This document shows positions 26,439 to 34,194 of a stretch of DNA of 34,194 bases, piece by piece. Below the pieces are notes generated by a model that worked only from the letters and a program-made list of their open reading frames with translations, ran no database searches and had not been told where the DNA came from. The stretch spans positions 1 to 34,194 of the IMG/VR virus record IMGVR_UViG_2778261184_000007; one strand, written 5' to 3'. The DNA comes from a virus. Its lineage: Duplodnaviria; Heunggongvirae; Uroviricota; Caudoviricetes. The translations under genes and the position numbers were made by a program. How positions within the stretch are numbered: the first letter of the stretch is position 1; each line of letters opens with the position of its first letter.

Positions 26439-28136
26439 TCACTTTTTTTCGTTAACCTTGCCTGTCAGCATGTCGATAGCACCTTCTTTGGCGCGAGTCA
26501 GACGCAGGCGGGTGAAGTAGTTTTCACCGTTGCGAGGATGTACTTCGTTGATGGCACTGCCCCAGAGGGTGGTACGGTTAACGAGAGACGGATTGGTTTC
26601 GTGCACGTAAGGGATTGCTGGGACTGCATCACCAGCAATCAGACCGGCTTTACCGATGCCTTCGCCACGCCCATAGAAGAAGATGTCATCCAGCCCGAAG
26701 TCATATCCCTGTGCCTGGAATTGCTCACAGACAGGTTGCGGCACTTCGTAAATACGAATCGTGCCAAACAGGGTGCCGATGTACTGTACATACGGCGACT
26801 GAACGTAACCTGGTGCGATCTGGAAGTGCTGTGGAGGCAGAGAGCGCAGGAAGTTCGCGGCGTCACCACCAGCAAAGCCGCCACGAATACCCGTTGTCAG
26901 GGTACGATTTGCCATTTCTTGAGACAGAGCGTTTACTACGTGACGCAGGAGGCCGACCCAGGACTCATAGTTTTGAGCTTCCGGCAGAGCCACATCAAAT
27001 TCACGACCATAAACGGTATGGAATACCAGGGTGCGCAGACGCATGATGTCGGTTTCATGGGAGATCCAGTTACGCATCGCGGAGAACTGAAGTGCCGCTA
27101 ATTCAAGGCCGTGCTCACGGCTTAAATCGGATGCGGACATTACCGTGTGTTCGGAAGCAATTACGTACTGGGACGGACGAACTTCGTACTTACGCATAGC
27201 CTGGTTGATCACAGGAATCAGGCTTGGATTGCGCTCGATGTTAATTTCGACCTGAACAGCAATTTCAGTACCTTCTGGCGGAGCCTGGGTAAATGTAATG
27301 TCAATGACACCAGTGTCATAGGCAACTTTGGCAGTCGCTGAGAAAGCATTACCTTTGCTGTCTTTAGCATTGAAATAAAGGTTGCCATCGCCGTCGTCAA
27401 CTTTGGACGGTTTGCGGTTGATCAGCAGTTTGTTATAACCAGCGCGAAGCGGGCAGGATTGTCCCTCAAAATTTTGGATGTCGAACTGGAAGGTTTTGGT
27501 GCTGCCATCCCCTTTAGTGGAAAGGGTATACAGGCGCTTCATTTGAGAATAAACACCAGCTGACTGCATATTCAGTTCGTCACCTTGTTTGAAGGTGCCG
27601 AATTTTGTGCCTGCTACGTTGACCAGTTCATAAATATTTGACTCGTCACGATCACAAGGAACAAAAGTACAGGCATCACTGGTAGCAGCGCCCAGAGAGG
27701 CAGGCAGTATTAGTGCAGCATATTGAGCAACTTTCATTACGCCGTCAGAGCTACGCATTGATTGCGCGACAGACTCAAACATTGCCTTACCCGTGCCTTC
27801 ATGGGTATCACTGGCACATTCAGTCATCAGGCGTTCAAGAGCCATGTGTGCGTTCGCCAGGATGTCACTTGCCGGGTAATGACCATGTTGACGTTTATAC
27901 TCATGCAGAGACATAGCCCACCCACCAGTGATCTGACGAGCGACCTCTGGATTTACGCCTTCAAACATAGGCACTTTCTGGATTGCTTTATCCAGGTTTT
28001 CCATCATTACTGCCTGGTCAGCAATCATGTTGCCTGCTGCATCGGTGGTCGGATCGACGGTCATAGCCATGACGCTTGCCGCCCGATTCATAATCTCGCG
28101 CTCGCGATCACGAGCTGGCTGAATGTTTTTATTCAC
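26439..28136 (-). CDS. Large virion structural protein (565 aa), candidate major head protein (gene 23-position)
   Basis: First gene after a divergent AT-rich promoter region; size fits a capsid precursor with an N-terminal delta region; no alignment done. Confidence 0.45.
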   Translation of the reverse strand: MNKNIQPARDREREIMNRAASVMAMTVDPTTDAAGNMIADQAVMMENLDKAIQKVPMFEGVNPEVARQITGGWAMSLHEYKRQHGHYPASDILANAHMALERLMTECASDTHEGTGKAMFESVAQSMRSSDGVMKVAQYAALILPASLGAATSDACTFVPCDRDESNIYELVNVAGTKFGTFKQGDELNMQSAGVYSQMKRLYTLSTKGDGSTKTFQFDIQNFEGQSCPLRAGYNKLLINRKPSKVDDGDGNLYFNAKDSKGNAFSATAKVAYDTGVIDITFTQAPPEGTEIAVQVEINIERNPSLIPVINQAMRKYEVRPSQYVIASEHTVMSASDLSREHGLELAALQFSAMRNWISHETDIMRLRTLVFHTVYGREFDVALPEAQNYESWVGLLRHVVNALSQEMANRTLTTGIRGGFAGGDAANFLRSLPPQHFQIAPGYVQSPYVQYIGTLFGTIRIYEVPQPVCEQFQAQGYDFGLDDIFFYGRGEGIGKAGLIAGDAVPAIPYVHETNPSLVNRTTLWGSAINEVHPRNGENYFTRLRLTRAKEGAIDMLTGKVNEKK

Positions 28137-28294
28137 GGTTAAGCCCTAAATTCGGGCGCGGCGTGAAGGTTCTTTTGACGGGCTAACAATACCTACTTTG
28201 TGATTTAGTCAATAGGTTTAGTAAAATAAAATATATTAACACTCATGTTGTTATGTGATTTAATTTTAGTTTTCTAACACAAAACATTAGAGTT

Positions 28295-28687
28295 ATGGCG
28301 TATCGAATCTTTGTTTCGTATAAAAATGGCGCTAAGAGCCACTCTCTGAACACAACAAGTCGCTTTCTTGTTGAGGCGCAGTTGGCATCAATTCTTGCCG
28401 AAAGTGAGATACTCTCGCTCGCTGAACGGATCGTTATCCAGTTTTCTGGTAGAGATATACTCAATGTCCCCGCCCTCACCCCGGCATCCGAAGTTATGGA
28501 ATCAATTAAATGGCCCGTATGCGGATGTCCTGCCAGGGTTGAAGAGCCGGTAACTGCAACGCTCTACATGCCGAAAGCTGTAAGAGATTGGCTTGCTATG
28601 GTTGGCAATGGGAAAGTCAGTGCTGGACTTCGCAAGTTAATTGAAATGGCAGATATTCCTGAGTTAAAAAATGCATGGCGACAATGA
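28295..28687 (+). CDS. Hypothetical 130-aa protein, first gene of a rightward two-gene accessory operon
   Basis: Preceded by a very AT-rich region (28200-28290); no recognisable family. Confidence 0.5.
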   Translation: MAYRIFVSYKNGAKSHSLNTTSRFLVEAQLASILAESEILSLAERIVIQFSGRDILNVPALTPASEVMESIKWPVCGCPARVEEPVTATLYMPKAVRDWLAMVGNGKVSAGLRKLIEMADIPELKNAWRQ

Positions 28688-28703
28688 GTAAACAAGGGAC
28701 AAA

Positions 28704-29162
28704 ATGAGTCACGTTAACCCATCAAAAACACAATATCGCTTAATGCTGGCGATCGCGTCAGCTATACCAACCAGCCTGAATCCCCCGACAGGCTATCCCG
28801 CTGTTGTTGATGATTGTTTTCAGTATTACGGAGAAGACATCCTGAGCCAGTCCAAAGCGCTCAAGCAGTTATGTAAGGCAGGTATTCTTCACTGTATCGG
28901 AGATCCGGACGATTTTGTTGTTATGCTGGCGGATCGTGACTCTTTTCTACTGTCCTGGAAAGCCGGTGCGCGCGAAGCACGTTTGGGGAATGGTATTGGT
29001 TACATAGACTATAGTGATTGTCCGCTGGCATTTGCTGGTGGATATATGCATTGGCATGAGCGAAATAGAGGCCGTCAGCGTCAGTATCGCTTGAGTGACT
29101 TTAACGTCTGTCACGGTTTCGAAGAAGCTGACAGCCAGGACATCTGGCTTCAGGAGCCTTGA
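28704..29162 (+). CDS. Hypothetical 152-aa protein, second gene of the accessory operon
   Basis: SD AAGGGA upstream of ATG; 16-nt spacing from the upstream gene; Cys/His-containing (…DCFQYY…LHCIGDPDD…YSDCPLAFAGGYMHWHERNRG…CHGF…). Confidence 0.5.
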   Translation: MSHVNPSKTQYRLMLAIASAIPTSLNPPTGYPAVVDDCFQYYGEDILSQSKALKQLCKAGILHCIGDPDDFVVMLADRDSFLLSWKAGAREARLGNGIGYIDYSDCPLAFAGGYMHWHERNRGRQRQYRLSDFNVCHGFEEADSQDIWLQEP

Positions 29163-29482
29163 TCCCCCTTCCCTTCCCAAATCTCCCTGTTTCTTTGGTT
29201 ATTCAGTGCGTTTCGTTGGTTGCATTCGTCGATCGTGCTGAATAACTGTTCAGCGTATGTCGGATACTTGTTTAACAGCACTGGCGTGTCCTCTGGCACT
29301 AAACAAGGGGAGTAATCAATCAGATTTGCCTGCGGCTTGCTGGTGGCTTCTACGGTAATTTTCACTGGCACGCTGGTTGATGGCTTTTGCCCGTTCCCGC
29401 TGCATCCTGATAACGTCATCAGGCACACGCACATCGTTAATCCCAGCACGGCGCAACGCATTTTCAAGGCGAGTGATTTCAT
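29150..29482 (-). CDS. Outer-membrane spanin (o-spanin, Rz1-like lipoprotein, 110 aa)
   Basis: Signal peptide with lipobox LSGC (MKSLALKMRCAVLGLTMCVCLMTLSGC); starts inside the i-spanin gene in another frame and extends beyond it (overlapped architecture); SD GAGAGGAA. Confidence 0.7.
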   Translation of the reverse strand: MKSLALKMRCAVLGLTMCVCLMTLSGCSGNGQKPSTSVPVKITVEATSKPQANLIDYSPCLVPEDTPVLLNKYPTYAEQLFSTIDECNQRNALNNQRNREIWEGKGDQGS

Positions 29483-29789
29483 TCTGGCTTTCCTCTCGTT
29501 GTTTGATTAGGTTGGCATTCAGTTCTGCTGTTTTGCGCTGGTACTCCTTTTCCAGTGCTTTAATTCTTTCGTTTTCGGTCAGCATGGCTGAGCGAGCGTT
29601 CTCACTTAACTGTAATGCGGTAGAAAGCGTGTTGTTCGTGCTTTCCAGTTGTGATTTTGAGTCTTCAAGCGATCGGACATACCTGATGTGTTCGATAACT
29701 GCCGTCGTTGTTCGGTAAATTCCAGAAATGGCTAAAAGCGCAATTACAATCAAAATTATCTTTTTCAAAACCATCCTCTCCAGGTTCAT
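29316..29789 (-). CDS. Inner-membrane spanin (i-spanin, Rz-like, 157 aa)
   Basis: N-terminal TM helix (KKIILIVIALLAISGIY) followed by a long coiled-coil periplasmic domain. Confidence 0.7.
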   Translation of the reverse strand: MNLERMVLKKIILIVIALLAISGIYRTTTAVIEHIRYVRSLEDSKSQLESTNNTLSTALQLSENARSAMLTENERIKALEKEYQRKTAELNANLIKQREESQNEITRLENALRRAGINDVRVPDDVIRMQRERAKAINQRASENYRRSHQQAAGKSD

Positions 29790-29844
29790 TTTTGGTGTTA
29801 AACATGTACCAATTTACATCCTTTTGTGTGCCTAAGTGGTGTTT

Positions 29845-30654
29845 CTATGGTTCCTTTTTGGTGTTCTTTTGGAGCGCATCGATAACGCCTTGTGGCATGA
29901 TTAAACTGATTGCCGGACTCATTACTGCATCATCCAGTAGAGAACCAGTTAACGTGATGGCGACAGCGTTCTCTAAACCTTTGGTTGCCTGAGTGGTTGA
30001 CGTTTTAATGCGACCTGTAAGGGCTACGACACCCTCACTTGCTGAGTTAATTTCGGAGAGTAAAACTTCGGCGGCTGTCACTGCTTCCCGTAAAGCATCA
30101 ATTTCATCCTGAGTAATGACTGGAGCCTGAGCGCCCCCAGCACCACCCTGTCCACCATTGCTTTCACCACCACCAGCACTTCCGGCAGCTTCAATTTTTG
30201 CGTTAATGGCGTTCATGGCGGTTTTCAGAGCATCAAGTTTTAGCGCCGTCAATGCGTCCGTTAGAGATTGCGGAATGGAAACATTCCCCATTCCCTCAAC
30301 AAGGGCGAAAGCAGGTATGGGGGTCAGCTCGTTACCTTTTGCGTAGCATTCCCAGCCAATCTTCATCTGTAACAGCTCTGATGGCTTGGTGTATGGGGAA
30401 AGAGAATCAGCCAGTGATGAAGACGCTTTGCTGGCCTCATTGAGCTGTTCAGAAAAGCCAAGCAATTGAGTAGTCCAGGCCGAAACAGAATCAGGATAGG
30501 TTTTATCGGCGTGAACTATTCCCTGTATGGCGCTGGCGAGCGATGAGGCTTTTACAGAAGCTGCCCGGCTTATGGTTATAGATTCTGGTGTAGAGATACC
30601 GGCATCTGACAGAATTTTGAAGGCTTTAACTTCACCTATTGAATCAAGCATTAT
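29845..30654 (-). CDS. 269-aa Ser/Ala/Gly-rich protein translationally coupled to the PAAR-like gene
   Basis: ATGA overlap with the upstream gene stop; internal Gly-rich linker GSAGGGESNGGQGGAGGAQAP. The ORF track extends upstream on an alternative start. Confidence 0.5.
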   Translation of the reverse strand: MMLDSIGEVKAFKILSDAGISTPESITISRAASVKASSLASAIQGIVHADKTYPDSVSAWTTQLLGFSEQLNEASKASSSLADSLSPYTKPSELLQMKIGWECYAKGNELTPIPAFALVEGMGNVSIPQSLTDALTALKLDALKTAMNAINAKIEAAGSAGGGESNGGQGGAGGAQAPVITQDEIDALREAVTAAEVLLSEINSASEGVVALTGRIKTSTTQATKGLENAVAITLTGSLLDDAVMSPAISLIMPQGVIDALQKNTKKEP

Positions 30655-30935
30655 GCAACCTGAAAAATATCCTCGCCGTTGGCGATAACAGAACCACAAG
30701 AAAGCGGATCGCCTACACAGACAACTCCCTTTCCACCTATCGAAAACCATACTCGCGTCGATACAGCTGCCCCTGGATGTGCACTGTTACCGTCAGTGTG
30801 ACTGGGAAACATGGCACCATCTACAACAACTGGCTTACCGTTAACGGTGAACCAGGGAACGGTTTCAGCTACCAGTCGCGGCGGAAATCCTCCGTGACCA
30901 GAACAAAGGGTGTCGCTGGTGGCTATTGCGCTCAT
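30651..30935 (-). CDS. PAAR-like spike-tip domain protein (94 aa)
   Basis: Three-repeat pattern reminiscent of PAAR proteins: …CSGHGGFPP…FTVNGKPVVVDGAMFPSH…GVVCVGDPLSCGSVIANGEDIF…. Confidence 0.55.
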   Translation of the reverse strand: MSAIATSDTLCSGHGGFPPRLVAETVPWFTVNGKPVVVDGAMFPSHTDGNSAHPGAAVSTRVWFSIGGKGVVCVGDPLSCGSVIANGEDIFQVA

Positions 30936-30979
30936 TCTTCATCTCCTGGTTATCCTCCTATTGTCATCACTTTGTTATT

Positions 30980-31176
30980 TCGTCATTCAAACTGAGAGTT
31001 AAATTTCGGAATATTTTTGTATTCTCAATTCATTCTCAAATAAATCTCACTGTCAGACCATCATTCATTTGGTGATTAAGATATTCTCAAAATGAACTCA
31101 ATAATCACTCTTTTTTATCTCTTTTGGTGTGGATTTTTGGTTGCTTCTCTTTTAAAATTGCATTTTGATTCTCAAA
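30980..31176. repeat. Centromere-like repeat region upstream of parM (parC-type)
   Basis: Repeated ATTCTCAA(A) units at 31021, 31032, 31083, 31168 and TCATTCA variants in an AT-rich divergent promoter region. Confidence 0.5.
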
Positions 31177-31201
31177 TGTGTCTCAGAAGTGGAGCAAGAA
31201 G

Positions 31202-32158
31202 ATGCGCATTTTTATCGATGATGGTTCAACCAATATCAAAATGCTGTGGGAGCACGACGGGGAAACTCGCACTCACATCAGCCCTAACAGCTTTAAGCGC
31301 GGATGGTCAGCAACATTTGGTGCGGGCAAGCCGTTTAACTATGTCATTGACGACGAAAAGTATTCGTATGATTTGATCTCGCCAGATGTTCTGCCGACGA
31401 ATAACGTGGAATGGCAATACAGCCCGCTTAACGTCCTGGCTGTTCACCATGCCCTGCTGACAAGTGGCATTGAGCCGCAGGAAGTAGAAATTGTGGTCAC
31501 GCTGCCTCTGGCGGAGTTTTACGACGACGACGCGCAATACAATCTCGATAACATCGAGCGCAAGAAAGCCAGCCTTATGCGCCCCGTCACGCTGAATAAA
31601 GGCAATGTGTTCACGATTAAGAAAGTTACGGTACGCCCGGAGTCTATTCCGGCAGGAATTGGCCTGTGCGACAATCTGAACCCTGCCCATTCTGTTCTTA
31701 TCGTCGATTTGGGTGGAACTACCCTTGATGTTTCAATGGTCGCCGGGCAAATGACGGCAGTTTCCCGTGTTTTTGGCGATTCGAATCTTGGCGTCTCTCT
31801 GGTTACCAGGGAAGTAAGGCAAGCACTTGCCAGAGCCAATACCGAAACGTCAAATTACAATGTCGATCAGCTCATTATTAACCGCCACGATGAAGATTAT
31901 CTGAACGACAATATCAATGACCCATCAGCGGTTGGTGATGTGAAAAAGGCCATTGCCGCAAGCATTGACCGTCTGCGTACCCGCGTTCTTGATGTGATTG
32001 GCGACTTTAAAGGATATACGCATGTCATGGTGATCGGTGGTGGCGCACCGCTGGTGGCAGATGCAATTCGCGAGCAAGTTAATATTCGTGATGACCGTTT
32101 CTTCGTGGCGGATGACCCGCAACTTGCTCTTGTTCATGGCCTGAAAGCAATCGGTTAA
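31202..32158 (+). CDS. parM: Actin-like plasmid segregation ATPase ParM/StbA (318 aa from ATG)
   Basis: N-terminus MRIFIDDGSTNIKMLW…HISPNSFK…, …NVEWQYSPLNVLAVHHALLTSG… and DLGGTTLD match the R1/R100 ParM/StbA pattern; SD GGAG 7 nt upstream. Confidence 0.85.
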   Translation: MRIFIDDGSTNIKMLWEHDGETRTHISPNSFKRGWSATFGAGKPFNYVIDDEKYSYDLISPDVLPTNNVEWQYSPLNVLAVHHALLTSGIEPQEVEIVVTLPLAEFYDDDAQYNLDNIERKKASLMRPVTLNKGNVFTIKKVTVRPESIPAGIGLCDNLNPAHSVLIVDLGGTTLDVSMVAGQMTAVSRVFGDSNLGVSLVTREVRQALARANTETSNYNVDQLIINRHDEDYLNDNINDPSAVGDVKKAIAASIDRLRTRVLDVIGDFKGYTHVMVIGGGAPLVADAIREQVNIRDDRFFVADDPQLALVHGLKAIG

Positions 32159-32165
32159 CGAGGTA

Positions 32166-32510
32166 ATGTCCATGTCTCAGGAACGTAAGAAAGTGATGAT
32201 TTATCTTCGCCCAGAGGCTTATGCCAATGAAAAGGCGGCGAGCGAGAAGATAAAAAAACATAGCGATATGGCAAGAACCGCATTGTTGGCAGGGCTTGCG
32301 CTGGGAGAAGTCGATAGCAGGCTTCCAGGATTACTGGCTTCCCTGCTGACCGAAGACAATAACCCGGAGCTGATCCGAAAAATGCTGGCATCCTTCCTGG
32401 AACTACCAGCTGCGGTTGAGGAGCGCCCTGCCTCCATTGAGCCAGTGAAGGAGCAAGTTGTTGCCAAAAGCGCGTCGGCGCGCAATCTGGCTGACTCTCT
32501 ACCTGATTGA
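32166..32510 (+). CDS. parR: ParR/StbB-like centromere-binding adaptor (114 aa)
   Basis: Directly downstream of parM; …RTALLAGLALGE… resembles the ParR helix. Confidence 0.6.
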   Translation: MSMSQERKKVMIYLRPEAYANEKAASEKIKKHSDMARTALLAGLALGEVDSRLPGLLASLLTEDNNPELIRKMLASFLELPAAVEERPASIEPVKEQVVAKSASARNLADSLPD

Positions 32511-32528
32511 CAGAAGATGTGCTGGTTT

Positions 32529-32554
32529 AAGGCTGCAAATTGCAGCCTTTTTTA
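32529..32554 (+). terminator. Rho-independent terminator after parR
   Basis: GGCTGC-AAATT-GCAGCC followed by TTTTTTA. Confidence 0.7.
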
Positions 32555-32583
32555 TGCATTAATGGTGTCTAATTGGTGTTAAT

Positions 32584-32764
32584 CTGGAACCAGTTAGGTG
32601 CTGTTATGGTGTAATTTTGTATCTGGTTCCAATTTGGGGCTGATTTCGTGTTAAATAGGATGCAATATAAGGTGTATTTGGTCTGATTGATGTTATACTT
32701 TGCCAAACATTCATGACTCCATTATAGAGCCTGTCCCGCATCAAAAAGGCTCTTATCTGGAACC
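32584..32764. repeat. Operator/centromere-like repeats upstream of the ParA-type gene
   Basis: CTGGAACC at 32584 and 32757 and the inverted CTGGTTCC at 32623, interspersed with GGTGT repeats. Confidence 0.45.
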
Positions 32765-32797
32765 GTTTTGATACCAAAATCACACCGAGGAACGGAT

Positions 32798-33439
32798 ATG
32801 ATTATATTGGTAGCCAGCCAAAAAGGTGGCTGTGGCAAATCAACCACCAGCGTAAATATTTGTGCGGAGCTTGCCCGCGCAAATAAGGACGTAGTTCTAC
32901 TTGATGCAGATAAGCAAGGAACATCTGCCCGTTGGGCATCGGACCGTAATGCGGCAGAGGTTTCTCCAGTAATTCATTGCGTCCAGAAGTTTGGGAATAT
33001 TCGTGAAACACTTCTTGATCTGGACAAGCGTTATGAATTTGTGGTTGTTGATACCGCTGGTCGTGATAGCAAAGAAATGCGCACCGGTATTACTGCGGCG
33101 GATGTTTTGCTTGTTCCATTCAGGCCATCTCAGCCAGATTTAGACACTCTGGCGCATTTTGTTGAAGTCTTTGAAGAGGCTTTGGATCTGATGCCTAATC
33201 CTAGCATTAAGGCGTGCGCAGTCTTAACAATGGCCCCATCCAATCCGGTTGTGAATGAAGCCAATGAGGCCAAAGAGTACCTGGCTGAATATCCGCAACT
33301 GAAGTTGCTGAAAACCATCATTCGCGATCGCAAGGTTTACCGCGATTGTATGGCTGAAGGGAAGGGCGTTGTTGAGATGGACAACGGGAAAGCTAAAGGT
33401 GAAATCCAGATGTTGGTTAAGGAGTTATTAAGTGATTAA
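32798..33439 (+). CDS. Small Walker-type partition ATPase (ParA/ParF-like, 213 aa from ATG)
   Basis: Deviant Walker A KGGCGKST near the N-terminus; size typical of type Ib ParA; SD GAGG 7 nt upstream. The ORF track adds 10 codons upstream. Confidence 0.85.
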   Translation: MIILVASQKGGCGKSTTSVNICAELARANKDVVLLDADKQGTSARWASDRNAAEVSPVIHCVQKFGNIRETLLDLDKRYEFVVVDTAGRDSKEMRTGITAADVLLVPFRPSQPDLDTLAHFVEVFEEALDLMPNPSIKACAVLTMAPSNPVVNEANEAKEYLAEYPQLKLLKTIIRDRKVYRDCMAEGKGVVEMDNGKAKGEIQMLVKELLSD

Positions 33440-33719
33440 GCCTCGTAAATCGGTAAAAGCCCCCGAAGTAAAAGACCTCGATCTTGAACGCCGAATTGAG
33501 GCTTTTGCCAGCAAAGCTGATTTGGTGCCGGGTGAGCAACCAGAAGACAACAAAGTGCTCGATAAGGACGCCCCACGTGATTTTAAATCCATTCGTGTTG
33601 GCTTCAATGAATACGAGTACCAGGTACTTGATGCGTTAAGCAAAAAGCATAATCGCAGCAAATTGAATATGATCCGCCATGCTATCCTCATGTTAGCGGA
33701 GTCTGAGGAAGCAAAATAA
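33432..33719 (+). CDS. Small ribbon-helix-helix-type partner protein (ParG-like, 95 aa, GTG start)
   Basis: Overlaps the parA stop; C-terminal …VGFNEYEYQVLDALSKKHNRSKLNMIRHAILMLAE… looks like an RHH DNA-binding domain; SD AAGGAG. Confidence 0.5.
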   Translation: MIKPRKSVKAPEVKDLDLERRIEAFASKADLVPGEQPEDNKVLDKDAPRDFKSIRVGFNEYEYQVLDALSKKHNRSKLNMIRHAILMLAESEEAK

Positions 33720-33760
33720 AGTCTTTCAGGTTGGTTTTAGAACTTAAAAAGTTTTGAACC

Positions 33761-33833
33761 AAAGGTGCACCAATACACCACTAATTTGGTGCACTTTTAC
33801 ATCCTTTTTTGGTACCAATTGTGCACCATTTGT
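33761..33833. repeat. Cluster of GGTGCACC-type palindromes downstream of the partition genes
   Basis: AAAGGTGCACCAA, TTTGGTGCACTTTT, TTGGTACCAATTGTGCACCATTTG; function unknown. Confidence 0.4.
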
Positions 33834-33988
33834 CATTAATTTACTTATGCGCAAAAGTGGGCTTCATGAAAAAGCTCATTATTGAAATAACGATAGAAAG
33901 CAATTTCTAATCAACTAGTGGTTGTCAGCCTATTCGGCTTATAAGATCATACGCTGTTATACGTTGTTTACGCTTTGAGGAATCCACA

Positions 33989-34194
33989 ATGAGTGAGGCA
34001 GAAGCCCGCCCGACTAACTTCATTCGTCAGATCATCGATGAAGATCTGGCCAGTGGTAAGCACACCACAGTACATACCCGTTTCCCGCCGGAACCAAATG
34101 GCTATCTGCATATTGGTCATGCGAAATCTATCTGCCTGAACTTCGGGATCGCCCAGGACTATAAAGGCCAGTGCAACCTGCGTTTCGACGACAC
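33989..34194 (+). CDS. glnS: Glutaminyl-tRNA synthetase, 5' partial (first 68 codons; runs off the window)
   Basis: Translation [68 protein letters not shown] matches the enterobacterial GlnRS N-terminus including the class I HIGH motif; SD GAGG upstream. Confidence 0.9.

Noticed and set aside
26406-27101. 231-aa + strand ORF and other antisense ORFs inside the 565-aa structural gene
   Set aside because: Fully contained antisense to a long, uninterrupted minus-strand ORF, with no promoter or SD context.
28137-28294. Specific sigma-70 -35/-10 promoter calls in the AT-rich divergent region
   Set aside because: Several weak hexamer candidates exist but none with convincing 17-bp spacing; recorded only as a promoter-containing region.
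33866-33910. 14-codon ORF (MKKLIIEITIESNF) upstream of glnS, possible leader peptide
   Set aside because: No SD, and no knowledge of a leader-peptide mechanism for glnS; cannot be supported from sequence alone.

Overview
This 34.2-kb window reads as a P1-family phage-plasmid segment whose right end runs into host-type DNA (the 5' end of glnS). Left to right: (i) a leftward operon of holin/antiholin plus capsid-associated antirestriction-type genes (lydA, lydB, hdf-like, darA-like, two more); (ii) a decayed serine-invertase pseudogene next to an intact Cin-type invertase; (iii) a ~3.5-kb multi-site inversion region with six 26-bp crossover sites, five promoterless tail-fibre tip cassettes and one tail-fibre assembly chaperone, fused to the expressed tail-fibre gene; (iv) leftward tail/baseplate genes (R-like, gp16-like, BplA-like, PmgA-like, Sit-like tape-measure, PmgB-like); (v) a complete iteron-type replicon (pSC101-like Rep_3 initiator with about 12 iterons) sitting between tail genes; (vi) more structural genes including a sheath-like 552-aa and a 565-aa capsid/structural protein; (vii) an accessory stretch with a two-gene unknown operon, an overlapped spanin pair and a PAAR-like gene coupled to a Gly-rich protein; (viii) two adjacent partition loci (actin-type ParM/ParR and a small Walker ParA with an RHH partner); (ix) the first 68 codons of glutaminyl-tRNA synthetase. 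All calls are from reading the sequence and ORF translations; no database search was run. P1 gene names are assigned by recalled family gene order and motifs and are tentative. The most notable system is the six-site tail-fibre inversion region, which matches the class described for the Min system of P1-related plasmid p15B, so it is probably not undescribed. The most open question is the two-gene operon at 28.3-29.2 kb.
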